From Gonapodya sp. JEL0774 (lineage: Eukaryota): a stretch of 64,000 nt of DNA. Below the pieces are notes generated by a model. The model saw nothing but the letters and a program-made list of their open reading frames with translations, did no database searches and was not told the origin of the DNA. Location of the stretch: contig JADIIX010000015.1 in NCBI GenBank assembly GCA_027604505.1, forward strand, positions 62,001 to 126,000, given 5' to 3'. Shown piece after piece: positions 1 through 11,700 of the stretch. The position numbers and the translations under genes are program-made. Every line of letters begins with the position of its first letter. Within the stretch, counting starts at the first letter, position 1.

Positions 1-3000
1 ATGAGTTCATCTAGATCGCCCTCCCGTTTGTTCACGAATTTTTTGAGCTCTGCCCAGGCAGATTCCAAAACCTCGAAGAGAAGGTAGTGTTGTAGTTCAT
101 GTATAAAGTGAGTCATTTGATTCAGCGAGGAGCGCCATTGCCGTGCTGTGGTTGATGAGTTAACATTTCTCGGAAAATGAGGTTTCAGCATGGATAAACG
201 GCGATAGAGGACCTCACCTTTCCAACCACCAACGTCCTCCTTGGCCATTCTGGACCATGTGCCACCCAAACCGTGCTCCACACCTCGCACTTTCCAAAGG
301 AACATAAAGGTTCGTCGGTACTCGTTCATTACCGCGCCGTGGAATATTACATCCAACGGAGCATCAACATGGTAGTCGAGGTAGAATACGTCCCAGCCAA
401 TCTCTGCGTCGTTAGCCTTCAACAACGTGTGTGCTTCCAGCCAACAGAAAATAGACCGAGTTTTCGCTTGCGCAATCAACTCACTGGCAAGATTTGTACA
501 TCAAGGCGACCAAGAATGGCTGGACCGTCATACTGGGCATTTGAGGAGCGGACTGCCGTATCCAAGATGCCAGTCAAAGTATGCAAAATAGGACGAAGGG
601 CGGTTGCCGGCATCGATAGGATGTGGCTGTTCAGACCGGATATGATCTCTCAAAGAAAGCTCCAGTATCTTCAGCTGCAGGATACTTACTTCATTGCATC
701 CATGAGAGACTGTACGAAGTCACCCTGCGCAAGCAGCATGTACTTTTTGAGCGCCGTAAAGTGCCCATGGAGATCGAAGCGTTCGTAAAGCATATCGAGA
801 AGCCGTTTTGATGTATCTCGGTAGGCGGTGTCGACGTGGTGTCGAAGAACAGGGGGATGTGTGAACCAGTCTGGCATTCAACATTTCAGAAGTGGTCCAG
901 CACGGCGATAGCTTGCAAAGTGGTTATTTAAATTCACCATCAAAGCCAGGGACGCCTTTGCCTCCGCTTCCGTATTCGGCATCTCCACCGGCGTATGTGA
1001 TAAATTTGATGCTTTTGCCAGTCACCAAAATCTGAACACACGACACTCATGAAGATGAGTACAGGACCCAGCAAAAAGCGAGCTCCTCTCACTTTCTCTG
1101 CGACTTCCTCCCCGACGAAGCCTGGGAGCATTTGTCGTTTCAGATAGTACTTTCTCCGCCACCACTTCTCTCGGGCAGCGCCTTCCTTTGCCTCTTTTTC
1201 CGCCACAAAAAACTCTCCATGAGGATCGATGAGCTCTCCACGATAAAGCCATGTGTGCAGGATTGTTAGGAGCGGGTACGTGACCTGGCCGACACGGTTC
1301 CATCTATTCACCGGTAAATTAGGAGAAATCTAAACTGAACCCACATTCTTCATTAAATCCTCAATAAAGCTGGCAATAGATGGGTCCCCATGATCTCGGA
1401 ATTCATTGATCTTCGAAGCCAGTGTGCCACCGTGCAAATCTGTATCCCACAATCGTAATTATCCCAAAGGAGTTGCGAATTAAGCTCGGGAACGTGATCA
1501 GCACTACTGACCTTGTCCAGCTTCCACCACGTCCGCCATACATTTTACTCGTTGTTTCGGCTCAAGTGTCCAAACCAGAAGTCGTCGCAGAGTCACTGGA
1601 TCATCACGGGTGCCGGGGGATGCTGCAACCGATGAGGGTGTGCCGAGTTGTACTTCGAGAACCGCCACCAAGCGATAGTAAGAAGAGAGATGGGTTTGTA
1701 GAGAGGACGAAAAGGCCTGTTACGTTGAACCCAACACCACGAGAGGAGATACTTGAATCAGCGCTGATTGATCCACGGAATCCCATGCCACACCCACCTG
1801 CCTCACAAGCCCCACGTCAATAGATCTACTCTCCCCAAACAATCCCATCTGAGAGCCCATGCTCTCCCCGGCATCACCAGTCTCTCGAACGTAACTTGCA
1901 ACCCTCCGATACAGCGCACCAAGCTCACCAATGCGACAGGCCAGGAGGCGCATGGGTGCTGGAATTGGGACCTAGTTATAGACAATATATTGTGCGGAAA
2001 GCTCAAGCATACTGCTGGGTGCCAAACAGGAAGGAGTTTGTTTCTCACCTCCTGGGCGATAATCACTTCACCGCTGGCCGGATCGAACTTAGCATAGTGG
2101 CCGTCAATGCCTTGTAAGACATAGACGAGGTCACGGACAAGGGCAGTTTCTGTGAGGGCAGTGTCTAAAAAGCAAATGTAATGTGAGACAGTCTCATTCA
2201 GACTTCGCCTTTGCTGCTGCACCACCACGTCTCCGGAGCGCACTCAAGTCATAAGCTGGTCGCTCCCCAAAAAGTTTTTTCCTTGCTTCATATCTCATGT
2301 CAGCCACTGTTTCTTGGGATGCGCGAACGGTAGGTGGAGGGGGAGGGGGAATGTCCGAATCTGTGGCTCGGAGAAGAGCCTGAACCGGGCGAAAGGATGA
2401 CAATCCTGCCGTAGAAAAGGCAGCAGAAAGGGCCTTCGTGTCCGTTGGGAAAGGTCGGTACAGAGAGCAAATTGCGGGCAGACAAACAGAACCGAGACTC
2501 TCACCGGGGGAAGTGTGTCGGCGGATGATGCGAATTGAGACTGCTCGGAGATGGTAAGGAGGAGATAGAGGATTGACCACTTGTTGCGTGCAGATGTCTT
2601 TTTTTGAGCAGAAGATTTGGATAGCCAGGTGACAGGTCGGCGACGTCAATATTTGCCTCGGGAACGCAGGCAAGCAGCACTGTCCTCCCAAGTATCGTTC
2701 TTCCCTCAAGTCGCACCTTCTTCATTAGCCTGTTGAACAGGTTGGCATACTCGATGGCGGTTTCCATGTTCTCCCGCATGACTTGATTGACCACCGATGG
2801 TTCAATACAGCATTCACTATGAGCATCCACCACGAAAACACCAGAGCTTACGCTGCTTTTTTATCATATCCGACACATGATACACATCCTGAGACACTGT
2901 GGGCGCCAGCCGGCTTGAATCAAACCGTAATGTGTGTAAATCAAAGTTGAACGAACTCAAAAGTCCCTTCGAAAATCTCACGTGAACACTCACCTCCCCA

Positions 3001-3214
3001 AAATTCTCATGGCGTACGAGTACACTCGTAGCACGTGTGGATCCGACTCCATGCCTGCCCTCATGTCCGCACCACTGCCGCCAACGCCGCCCAAACTTGC
3101 CCATGCTGACCCTCGAAGGATCGATGTAACAAGTGTAAGGACAAGGGAAGAGATCTGATCCGAGGATGTGCCCGGACGATCGGGGATGGATGGCTGTGGG
3201 GAGTTGGTCGCCAT
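1..3214 (-). CDS. SPC98: Gamma-tubulin complex component 3 (Spc98/GCP3), multi-exon, 3' end runs off the window start
   Basis: Spliced fragments: [51 protein letters not shown]...[37 protein letters not shown] are typical GRIP-domain GCP3 segments. Likely ATG at 3214 (MATNSPQ...YAMRILG). Confidence 0.88.
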
Positions 3215-3661
3215 CACCTGGGTTGGGGATTTGGATCAATGACGGTTCCCTCAACTAAAACCGCAAGTACATAGCTTTCTCTTTCAGAAAAATACAAGTC
3301 TGGTTTATGTATGTACGTTAATTTACTTCCTTTGCAAGCAAGCATAAACAGCTTTTTTCGTTGTAAAGTGCATGAAAATCCAGTTCCATGTAGTGTGGAG
3401 CGTAGACGTACTGTGATAGTCCGAATTGTACCAGCCTCTCCCTAAGGGTCGACTTGGACTTTTCGTTTCAAATTTCCCACTTGGGCACTTTGGGGAGAGG
3501 CAAGCATTCCACCCTACATAGGCCACTGTGATGTGTGGTCGGCTGAAATCAACCAAGGTCTTTCAAGCACCCATAGCTCACTCCACCACCATCACTCTAT
3601 CCTGGACCACGGTGAGACCCCACGATGCGCTCCCAGTTTGCCAATCCCCCTCTCACCTTCA

Positions 3662-4440
3662 ATGCGCTCTGAATCCCTCACGCGGTCCCTGGACTCCACC
3701 GCAGCTCTGAACAAGCTTCTCGAAAGGTAAACATCTTGCACCCCCGCCTTCGCCGGTTATGCACCACTTTCCACCCCACGTGAACTTTGGAATAACACTA
3801 GTCCCTCTCGAAACTAGGGTCGACGGCCTCGAGGCTGTCTTTGTGACCGACAGGGAAGGTGTGGTGGTCTTGAGCGGTGAGTGTGTCCCATGCTCACCAG
3901 ATCGGGATCAAACTGATGGATTTTTTCTGACCACATTGTTGGGACCAAATGGTGGATGAATAAGCTGAGAGGCCGGACCTGCCGCCCAAGATTAAGGATC
4001 CGCCTATTTCAGCGACGTTCACTGTTGCGGGTGATCAAGTGAGTGCTGTTGGAACATTGAGATTCGCAAATTCCTTGTTCACCACCTAGTGTTGATAATG
4101 CTTCTATGAACGCTATTCTCTGTGCTCAAACTGGACGAGTTCAGATTTCCAAGCTCGGTCTGGGCAACCTTAAATCCGTCGCAACGTTCTACGATCACCG
4201 CCAAATCCTCCAATTTTCCTTCCCCCCGCTGATTCTCACCTTCATCGCAAAGGAAAATGCCAACACTGGTGATTATTTTGTCCCATCCCGTTCGCCTCCC
4301 CTTCCATTTTAGCCCGTTCATTTTGTGCGTATCGTGTCGCCCCAACTTCTGCCCCACCTCATTCACCCACAGGCCTCCTTATGGACCTCGGACAGAGCAT
4401 GAAGGAGAGTGTGGATATAATTTCTCAATCTATTCAATAA
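3662..4440 (+). CDS. LAMTOR3: Ragulator complex subunit LAMTOR3 (MP1)-like roadblock protein, about 5 exons
   Basis: Spliced product: ALNKLLER|VDGLEAVFVTDREGVVVLS...ATFTVAGDQ|ISKLGLGNLKSVATFYDHRQILQF...LTFIAKENANT|GLLMDL. This matches the recalled LAMTOR3 pattern (VTDRDGV, SKLGLG.NK, ANTG.L). TAA at 4438-4440. Confidence 0.85.
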
Positions 4441-4789
4441 CCGTGAGCGTGTGATCTCGGTTTGAGGGTTCCATCCGCGTGTGGGATCCAAGACGTGTTT
4501 GTAACGGTATCAGAGAACAATACATGGTACCAACAGTAAATAATGTGTGACGAACAAGTAAATCCACGAAATCACGTTTCCGGCAGTGACCAGGGCCGAA
4601 AGCGGAGGCTCCCACGGTTGGGAAAACTCCTGGCATGTTGCTCCCCACTAATAGGTGTGGTATCGCCCGCTCACCCGCCTCCTGCTCATTTGAGTCCAAA
4701 AACAGTCGAAACTTACAAGGCCCATCCAAAATAACAAAGTGAATCAATCTACTAAAAAATAGCGCCTCCTGACAATGTCCCACTGCTGC

Positions 4790-7154
4790 TCACGACTCCT
4801 TGTTGACCCCTGCCCTGTCGTCGCAGAACAGGTCCGTATCATAGAGCAACAACAGCGGTTGTATCACTCCGATGCTACCGTTCGAAAAAAGAAAACAAAA
4901 AAGAGGTTCAACGAATATATACGAGCGTGAGATCATGTTTTCCCGACCCACCCCGTTACGGGCGTTTTAAAAGTTCAAAGAATACACGAGCGTGAGATCA
5001 TGTTCTCACGACCCAACCCTGTTACGGGTTACGGGCATTTCACCCCTCCTTTGGAACCCCCACCTCCCCCTTACCCTCCCCACCCCCCTCGCGCTGACAC
5101 CACAGACCGACCGTACTCACAGTTTGATCATGATGAAACTGACCTGCGACGACGTGTGACTCGTGGGGCGCCGCGCGATGGCCTCGTACATGGTATTGAG
5201 AATTTCGGGCATCCAGCAGCTAAACGAGCCCACGAGGGGGTGTCGCAAGTAAGAGATCCAACAAAACAAATCAAACCAAAAAAACACATGAAAACAAAAG
5301 TGGGTCCCGGCACACGTCACTGCCGCCACCGCACCGATCCGCGCGATAAAATTTCACAAGGAACCGCCACCCAAACTCACACCACGAATGTAATCGCCAC
5401 ATGGTTCCACGCCCTGGCCAGCTGCCTCTCCTTGTTCTTGTCTCTCCTCTGTTTCGGCCCAAAGGGGTCCCTCTTGATTTCGTCCTGGAGCCTGGCGCGG
5501 TCGTCTCGTTGGGCCCGGAACCGAATGGCCGTGGAGCTCAACAGGATGGCGAGAGTGGCGCCCACCATGCCGAGGAGGGAGACGGCGGTGCAGAAGATGT
5601 CGAGGGGGTGGGAGTCCCAGCTGTGGGGGTGGGGTTGGGGCGATGGGGGGGCGGAGGGGAAGGGAAAGGTGACGGTGGGTCGTGGGGTGGAAGAGGTGGG
5701 TGAGATGGGCGATGGGTATGCGCAGGGTGAGAAGGACGGTTCTTTGTGCACTCACTACCTGAACTGACACGACAGCCCACTGGGCGACAACACGTCTACA
5801 CGCATCCAAACACAAGGCAAACACGCATCGTGAAAAATCTCACAAATCTGTTTTTTCGATACCGCTGAACGTGCACTCACATCCCCGCCACAAGTACCCG
5901 ATCCCCACGACCGTCGAAAAGCCGTACCCGCCGAAAAACACGCCGATAGCGGTGCGGCGGGACATGCCGCAGTAGCCGCGGCCTGAGGCGGCGGTGGTGG
6001 CTGTGGGTGGGGGCTTTTTTTTGTTTTGGTTCCGGAGGTTCGACAGGCAGACACGCGAGCGCACGCGCACGTGCACGGGGCGATAAGAAAAAATAAAAGA
6101 AAGAGAGAGAGAGAGGGACGCGGTGAACCTCTGATCACCGACGCTTCGACGGGCGTTCGATACCAAACACGCGGACGGGACGTGGACCCGTATTATTGCT
6201 CACCTTACCCGCCCCCTGCCCCTTACCGTCACCGTCGCCGGTCCCGACGCCGATCCCCTCGAACAGGGAGCAGTACCTCTCCACGGCCAGCTGGGCGTAT
6301 CCCAGGATCGACCCGCCCCACGGTACGATTGACGAAACGGCGAGGATCTGGCAGTTGATGGAGGTGAGGAGGGGGCCGCTGGGGGAGGTGGAGGTGGAAG
6401 CCAAGTAGGGGCCGCCAAAGAGGGTGGCGGTGCGGAGGAGCGTGCGGACGAGGAGGGCGAGGAGGTTGGCCTTTGGGAAGATGTAGGGGTAGAGGTGTTG
6501 GGGGGGGGGGGAGGTGGGTGGGGTGGAACGGGGTTTCGGGCCCGCGGGGAAGGAAGATGGGGATGTGAGCACGACGGGTGCAGAGACAGGACACACAGAG
6601 ACACGACGACGTACGGAAATACACGTCGCGGTGATGATGACTTGTATTTCGATGACGCGCTTGCGAATATTCTGTGGGTGGGGGGGTGGGTAGGGTGAGT
6701 GTGGCAAGTATCGTGTGATGTGTGTGGTGTGTTGGTGATTGTGGGTTCATCAGTTGGGGTAGTTGCCGGTACAGGCAGCGATGGTGGACAAAGTTGAGAC
6801 CAAGAAATATTCTCGTTGGGGGGGGCGGGGGGTTTGAGGCCTCACCCTGATCATTGCGACAAAGTATACGAGGACGATGGCGTGTGCGACAGAGCCCTGA
6901 GGGGGGTGTGGACAACCGTCCGCCAGGCAATTGATTTCATTTGAGTGATAGTTCCGCAGGTACATATATATAGAGAGTGCCGTTGACACCACCACCACCA
7001 GCAGCACAACTCGTGTGTGCGATATGCTCACCATGGCACAGACCACGAGATCGATCAAGGTGACCATGACTTCAGATTGGGAGAGTAGGTGAGGGAAGTC
7101 GGGTGCGTAGGAGTCGTCGGAGGTTGGTTGGGAGGTGTTGAAGGCGTCAGACAT
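4790..7154 (-). CDS. Class A (rhodopsin-like) 7TM GPCR with Lys at 7.43; type-2-opsin-like protein, 9 exons, ~346 aa
   Basis: Predicted exons 7154-7032, 6896-6846, 6671-6615, 6470-6227 (alternative donor 6209), 5982-5881, 5795-5756, 5620-5381, 5219-5121, 4874-4790. All are GT-AG and phase-compatible. Seven hydrophobic segments; Cys exactly 25 residues before the R of ERY; ECL2 YVLSPSGLSC; TM6 TFVVCWMPE; TM7 SFIMIKLIGVIQPLLLLY. Confidence 0.85.
4921..5028. repeat. Imperfect ~43-bp direct duplication inside the last intron of the GPCR gene
   Basis: acgagcgtgagatcatgttttcccgacccaccccgttacggg (from 4921) versus acgagcgtgagatcatgttctcacgacccaaccctgttacggg (from 4986). Confidence 0.85.
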
Positions 7155-8737
7155 TGGGGAAGGAAGTTTATTTGGTGGGAGTAAGGAGTGGGGTTGGGCG
7201 GGAGATGGAATGGGGCGGGAGTGGGGGGAAGGGTTGATAAGGAAATGGAGTGTTGGGGTGTTGGGAGCGGAATGGATGAGGGATGTGTATTCAAGTAAGT
7301 TGAGCGGAGCGATGTGCTGGTAAAGGCCTTCAATACAGGAGTGAATCTGGATACAGTGAAGGAATGAAGGAGTGAAGGATCCATTTGCGGTGTCCTGGTA
7401 GGTGATGAGCGGATGCACCTTGACGGGTCCTTGAGTGGTCCTTGTCCCTTGGTGCCTGCGTCCTGAATGAGCACCACACGCCGGCCACCACACACACGTC
7501 ATACTCTGGGGAACACCAGAATGGCATTTGGCAAAGAGAGGAAAAGGACATGGACCCGGAGAAAAAGCAAATTAAAATAATTGTGGGGGTGAATGAAAGA
7601 GAGGTGAGGGGCAGGAATGAGAGCGGGACGTGTGCGGAAACGAGGAAGGAAGCAAAGGTTGGAATGTGCTGATTGGGCAGAAAGGGAACAAAAAAAGATG
7701 TGGGATTAAGACATTGGAATGGGAGTGCAAGAGAAAGAAATACAAGGATGACTCGGGTGGAGAAGGATGAAAGGCCAAATGAATTATACAGGGATTGGGT
7801 GTGCTGTCGTGATCAGTCGGCCAAAGTTCCTCCCTGCCCTACACACTGGCGGTTTGGAGCTGCTAAATAGAATGGTCGCGCGACTGATGGCCATAATGTA
7901 TAGACGGATAGCGATGCTGATGCTAGCACCTGACGTTAGTATATCATTGCCGTAACGTATTTGAAAGTGTGGAGAGTCCTTCTGAACCAGAAATCGCCTA
8001 TATCTGTATCTGAACCATTAAGTGGATAAATTGAACTAAATGGGTGTTTACTTGAGCAAAAATGGATATTTTCTGGCCCAAGCTCCACGGGGTTCAAAAT
8101 GGGGGCAAGACTGGCAGACGTGATCACCGCGGGTGCGGGTGCACGCGAGGTTGTCGAGCAGCACTTTGACCAGCCAGCAGACCGTTCCCATTCCCCATCG
8201 ATTGAGCCATTCCACACGCAGGTGAGCGTGGCCCATCAAGTGCGCAGTCGCCCATCATCGCCCTCTTCCCCTCTCGCTCCTGTGTCGCCCACTCTCCGCG
8301 TTCCCAACCCACTCAACAATGCCCGGACAACCCAGTCCATCCGTAAACGCGACAAACGCTCTCAAAGGGGTCCACAAATAATTGATTTGGACTCCATCTC
8401 ATCTGAATGGCAGGACGGAAACATGGACGGGTTCAAAAGCGGGGCGGGTTGACGGTGTGGAGCGTGGTTGCAAATAATGGACCTTTCGAGTTTGTCTCTG
8501 CATTCGCCACCCCTCTGTCGCTTCCTTGTTCCCATGCCCGCTCAAACCTCGACAATAAATCGAGCTGTCTTTGCCCTTGTTTTTTTTTTTGGTCTGTTTT
8601 TGGTGTCTTTCCTGCTGACTGCTGACGGGCCACCTCCTTCCACATCCGACACACCCCCTCCCCGTGGATGACACCTCCCCTTCGTTTGGCCCCCTTGTAG
8701 CACGGGCCTCTTTTGTCCACAGAAAGGAGCAAAATAT

Positions 8738-11700
8738 ATGGCGCACCAGCAGCAGCAACCAGGCGCCCCCGCGCACCCAACGCTCACACCTACACCCGCA
8801 TCCCAACAACCCGCAGCCACCACACACGCACACGCACACACCCAACCACAACCACAACCACAACCACAACCGACCCAGCACATGACCCAGGCACAACTCC
8901 ACCAACAGGCCCAGACTCAAATCGCCCTGCACCAACACCTGGCAAACATATTCTCCCAGCAGGGACACGCTCTCCAAGCTCAAGCTCAGGCTCAGGCTCA
9001 GGCTCAAGCCGCACAAAGTCAAGGGCAACCCCACTCCCACCTCCACTCGCACATGCAACAAATGCCCCAACCTCCCCACCAGCCCTACCCCCACCAGCCA
9101 ACCCAGCCCCAACCGCCATCGTACGCCCACCTCCCCCACCCACCTTACTACCCCGCTTACCCACCCCACCACCACCAGCACCCTGGCCCCGGCCCCGACC
9201 CGGGCCCCCTCCTCTCCCCCGGCGGCACCCATTACCCCCAGCAACACCCCGTGCCCATGCCCCTCCCCGTGCCCATGCAACACCAACCTCAGTCTCAGAC
9301 CTCACCCCAAGGCGCACCCGCTCACACCGGTCCTGGCGGCGGCGTCGCACCGGGCCAACCGTACGGAGCACACTACGCCCACCCACACCCGCACTCGATC
9401 CCGCACCAAATACCGTACCAGCACCAACTCCAGCACCAGCACCAGTACCAGATGCACGCGCAGTATGGGATCGAGCAGCACGGTGAGTGGGGCAGGGGAT
9501 GGGTTGGGGGGGGTTGGAGGGGAACGGGGCAGTTCGGGGTGGTGTTCAGGGGTCGGATACGAATCTAGTGCACGTGAGCGGCCGTCAACCCACACATCCT
9601 CTTTTCGTTCTCCTTCCCTCCCCCCCCTTCTACTCCCACCAGCGACCGCCCCCTTACCTGCACCCCCCACCACTTCCCGCTCCAGAAAACGCCCCGCCCC
9701 CACCTCCAACTCCTCCACGTCCTCGTCGGCAAAACGCGGGACGGCCAAGAAGGCAAGGGGAGACGACGGGGCCGGTGCCGGTGCCGCCGCTGGTTTTGGT
9801 ACCGGTGCAGGTGCAGGTGCCGGTGCGGGTGCGGTTGAGACAATACGTGTAGAGCACGGCGCGGGGCAGGGGAGGGTCAGGGCCCGCGTGGGCGTGGAGA
9901 GGGCCCGGGTGGGCGACGGGGTTGGTGGTGGGACGGGGACGGGGACCGCGCTTCACGGCGCCACTGGCCACGACCACAGCGGGTCCCTCCCCCCTGCCCC
10001 CGCCCCCGCCCCCGGCCCCTCCGTGACGGCGCACGCGCTTGCAGCCCCCGACCCCGACCCCGACGCCTTCGACCCGGCCGACCTGGACGTACTCGACCCG
10101 GACCCCTCTGACGACGACGACGACGACCCCGACGAGTTCCAAGACGCGGGCGGGGCGTCCGAGGACGATTCGGACGTGTACGAGGAAGGAGGGTACGATG
10201 AGAACGGGAGGCGGAGGCGGAGGCGGAACGGCGGGGGTGGGGGCGGCGGATCGGCGAGGCGGAGACCCGGCGGCGTGGGTGGGGGAGGTGGGGGGGCGGG
10301 CGGCGGCGGCCCGTCCAGTTCGCGCCGGCGCGCGGCCGCCACCGCGGCCCGACGGCTGCTCTCCTCGTCCCACCCCACGATCCCCCGTCCCGTGTTTTCC
10401 GACGGCTTGGACGCCATGAACCCCCGCGCACCCGGGCCGGCCAAGGCCCCCGACGATGCGGCGAGGTGGTTCGTGAAACTTGACGAGGGGAATTCCCCGT
10501 ATGGGAGGTGGTGTGGGTTGGTGGCCGATGCGGTGAGGGGCGAGGGGGGTGGGTGGGAGCCCGAAGCGGGGGAGGGGGAGGGGGTTGTGGGGCTAAAGAG
10601 TTTCAGGGAGATGGAGGAAGTGTTGGGGAGGTTGAGAGTGGAGAGTGAGTATGGGTGTGGGCTGTCGTAGGGGGTCGTCGGGGTGCGGGTTTGGGGAGGG
10701 ATGGGGGTGGGGCGGAGCGCGCGTTCCTGCTGTCACGGAATACGAGACAGACGAATGCGTACTTGGTCACGGTGTCCGTGTAGTGACGAGGCAGGCAGTT
10801 TGATCGCCAGGTGTCGGTGGTGCATCACAGCTTTGGTGCCACAGTTTTGCCCCGTCACCGTCCACACCCCTCCCACTACCATCTCATGCACATTCCCTCT
10901 TTCTCCCCCCAACCCCTCTCCAGACGGCCCCCGCGTCGGCGGCCGCAACCGACCCCGCCTCGACCCCTATACACTCGACACCGGCACGCCCCCCCCGCCC
11001 GTCCCCTCGTTCAACCCCCGCCCGTCCCGCTCCACCGCGCACGCCTCCTCCTCTGCCACAACCCTGTCCCTCTCGTACGGTTCCTCCTCGGGCAAGGCCG
11101 GCGGCCCTGGGGGCCGGCGGGCACCCAGTGAGATGCCTGCCCTGGACGGGTTGCCGCAAGGGTACAGCTTGTGGATGTTGAAGAAGCCCTTGGGGCCGCG
11201 TGGAGCGGGGAGGGGAGGAAGCGGGGCTGAGGAAGAGGGGAGGGGGAAGAAGGGGAAGGGGAAGGGGAAGAAGGGGGGCGCTGGTGGAGCGGTTGTTGCA
11301 GGGGCTGCAGGGGTGGGGGGGGATGGCCAAGCGCAGGCGCAGGTGGGGAGCGGGGTAGGTGCTGGGGTAGCGGCAGGTCCTGGTGGCTTGGGCGTTAGTG
11401 GGGATGGGGAGCAGGCGGGAGTGGCGGGAGTGGCGGGAGTGGAGGGCGCTGCGGCTGTGAGTGCGAGTGGAGGCCCGACGGTTCCGGTGAGGGCCGGTGC
11501 GGCGGCGCCGCCGGTGCCTCATCAGCCGGGTCAGCAGTTTAGGAGTGATGTGTTCTTGTACGGTGGGTAGTGGGATGGGGGGACGGGGAAGGTGTTCTGG
11601 CGGGTAGGCGGTGCCGGTTTTGAGGTGGTTTGTTCGTGTGGAATTTGCATGGGCTGATGTGACTTTTATTTCGAATTCCAACGTAACGCAACGTACCAAA

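Noticed and set aside
4921..5035. Spaced direct repeats reminiscent of a CRISPR array or element termini
   Set aside because: There are only two imperfect copies, they are intronic in a eukaryotic gene, and no cas or transposase gene is nearby.
5000..5767. 255-aa + strand ORF
   Set aside because: It is the antisense shadow of GPCR exons and introns and has no recognisable motifs.
8099..8452. 117-aa ATG-initiated ORF upstream of the Clr2-like gene
   Set aside because: It could be a 5' exon or a small gene, but I found no convincing splice path or homology.
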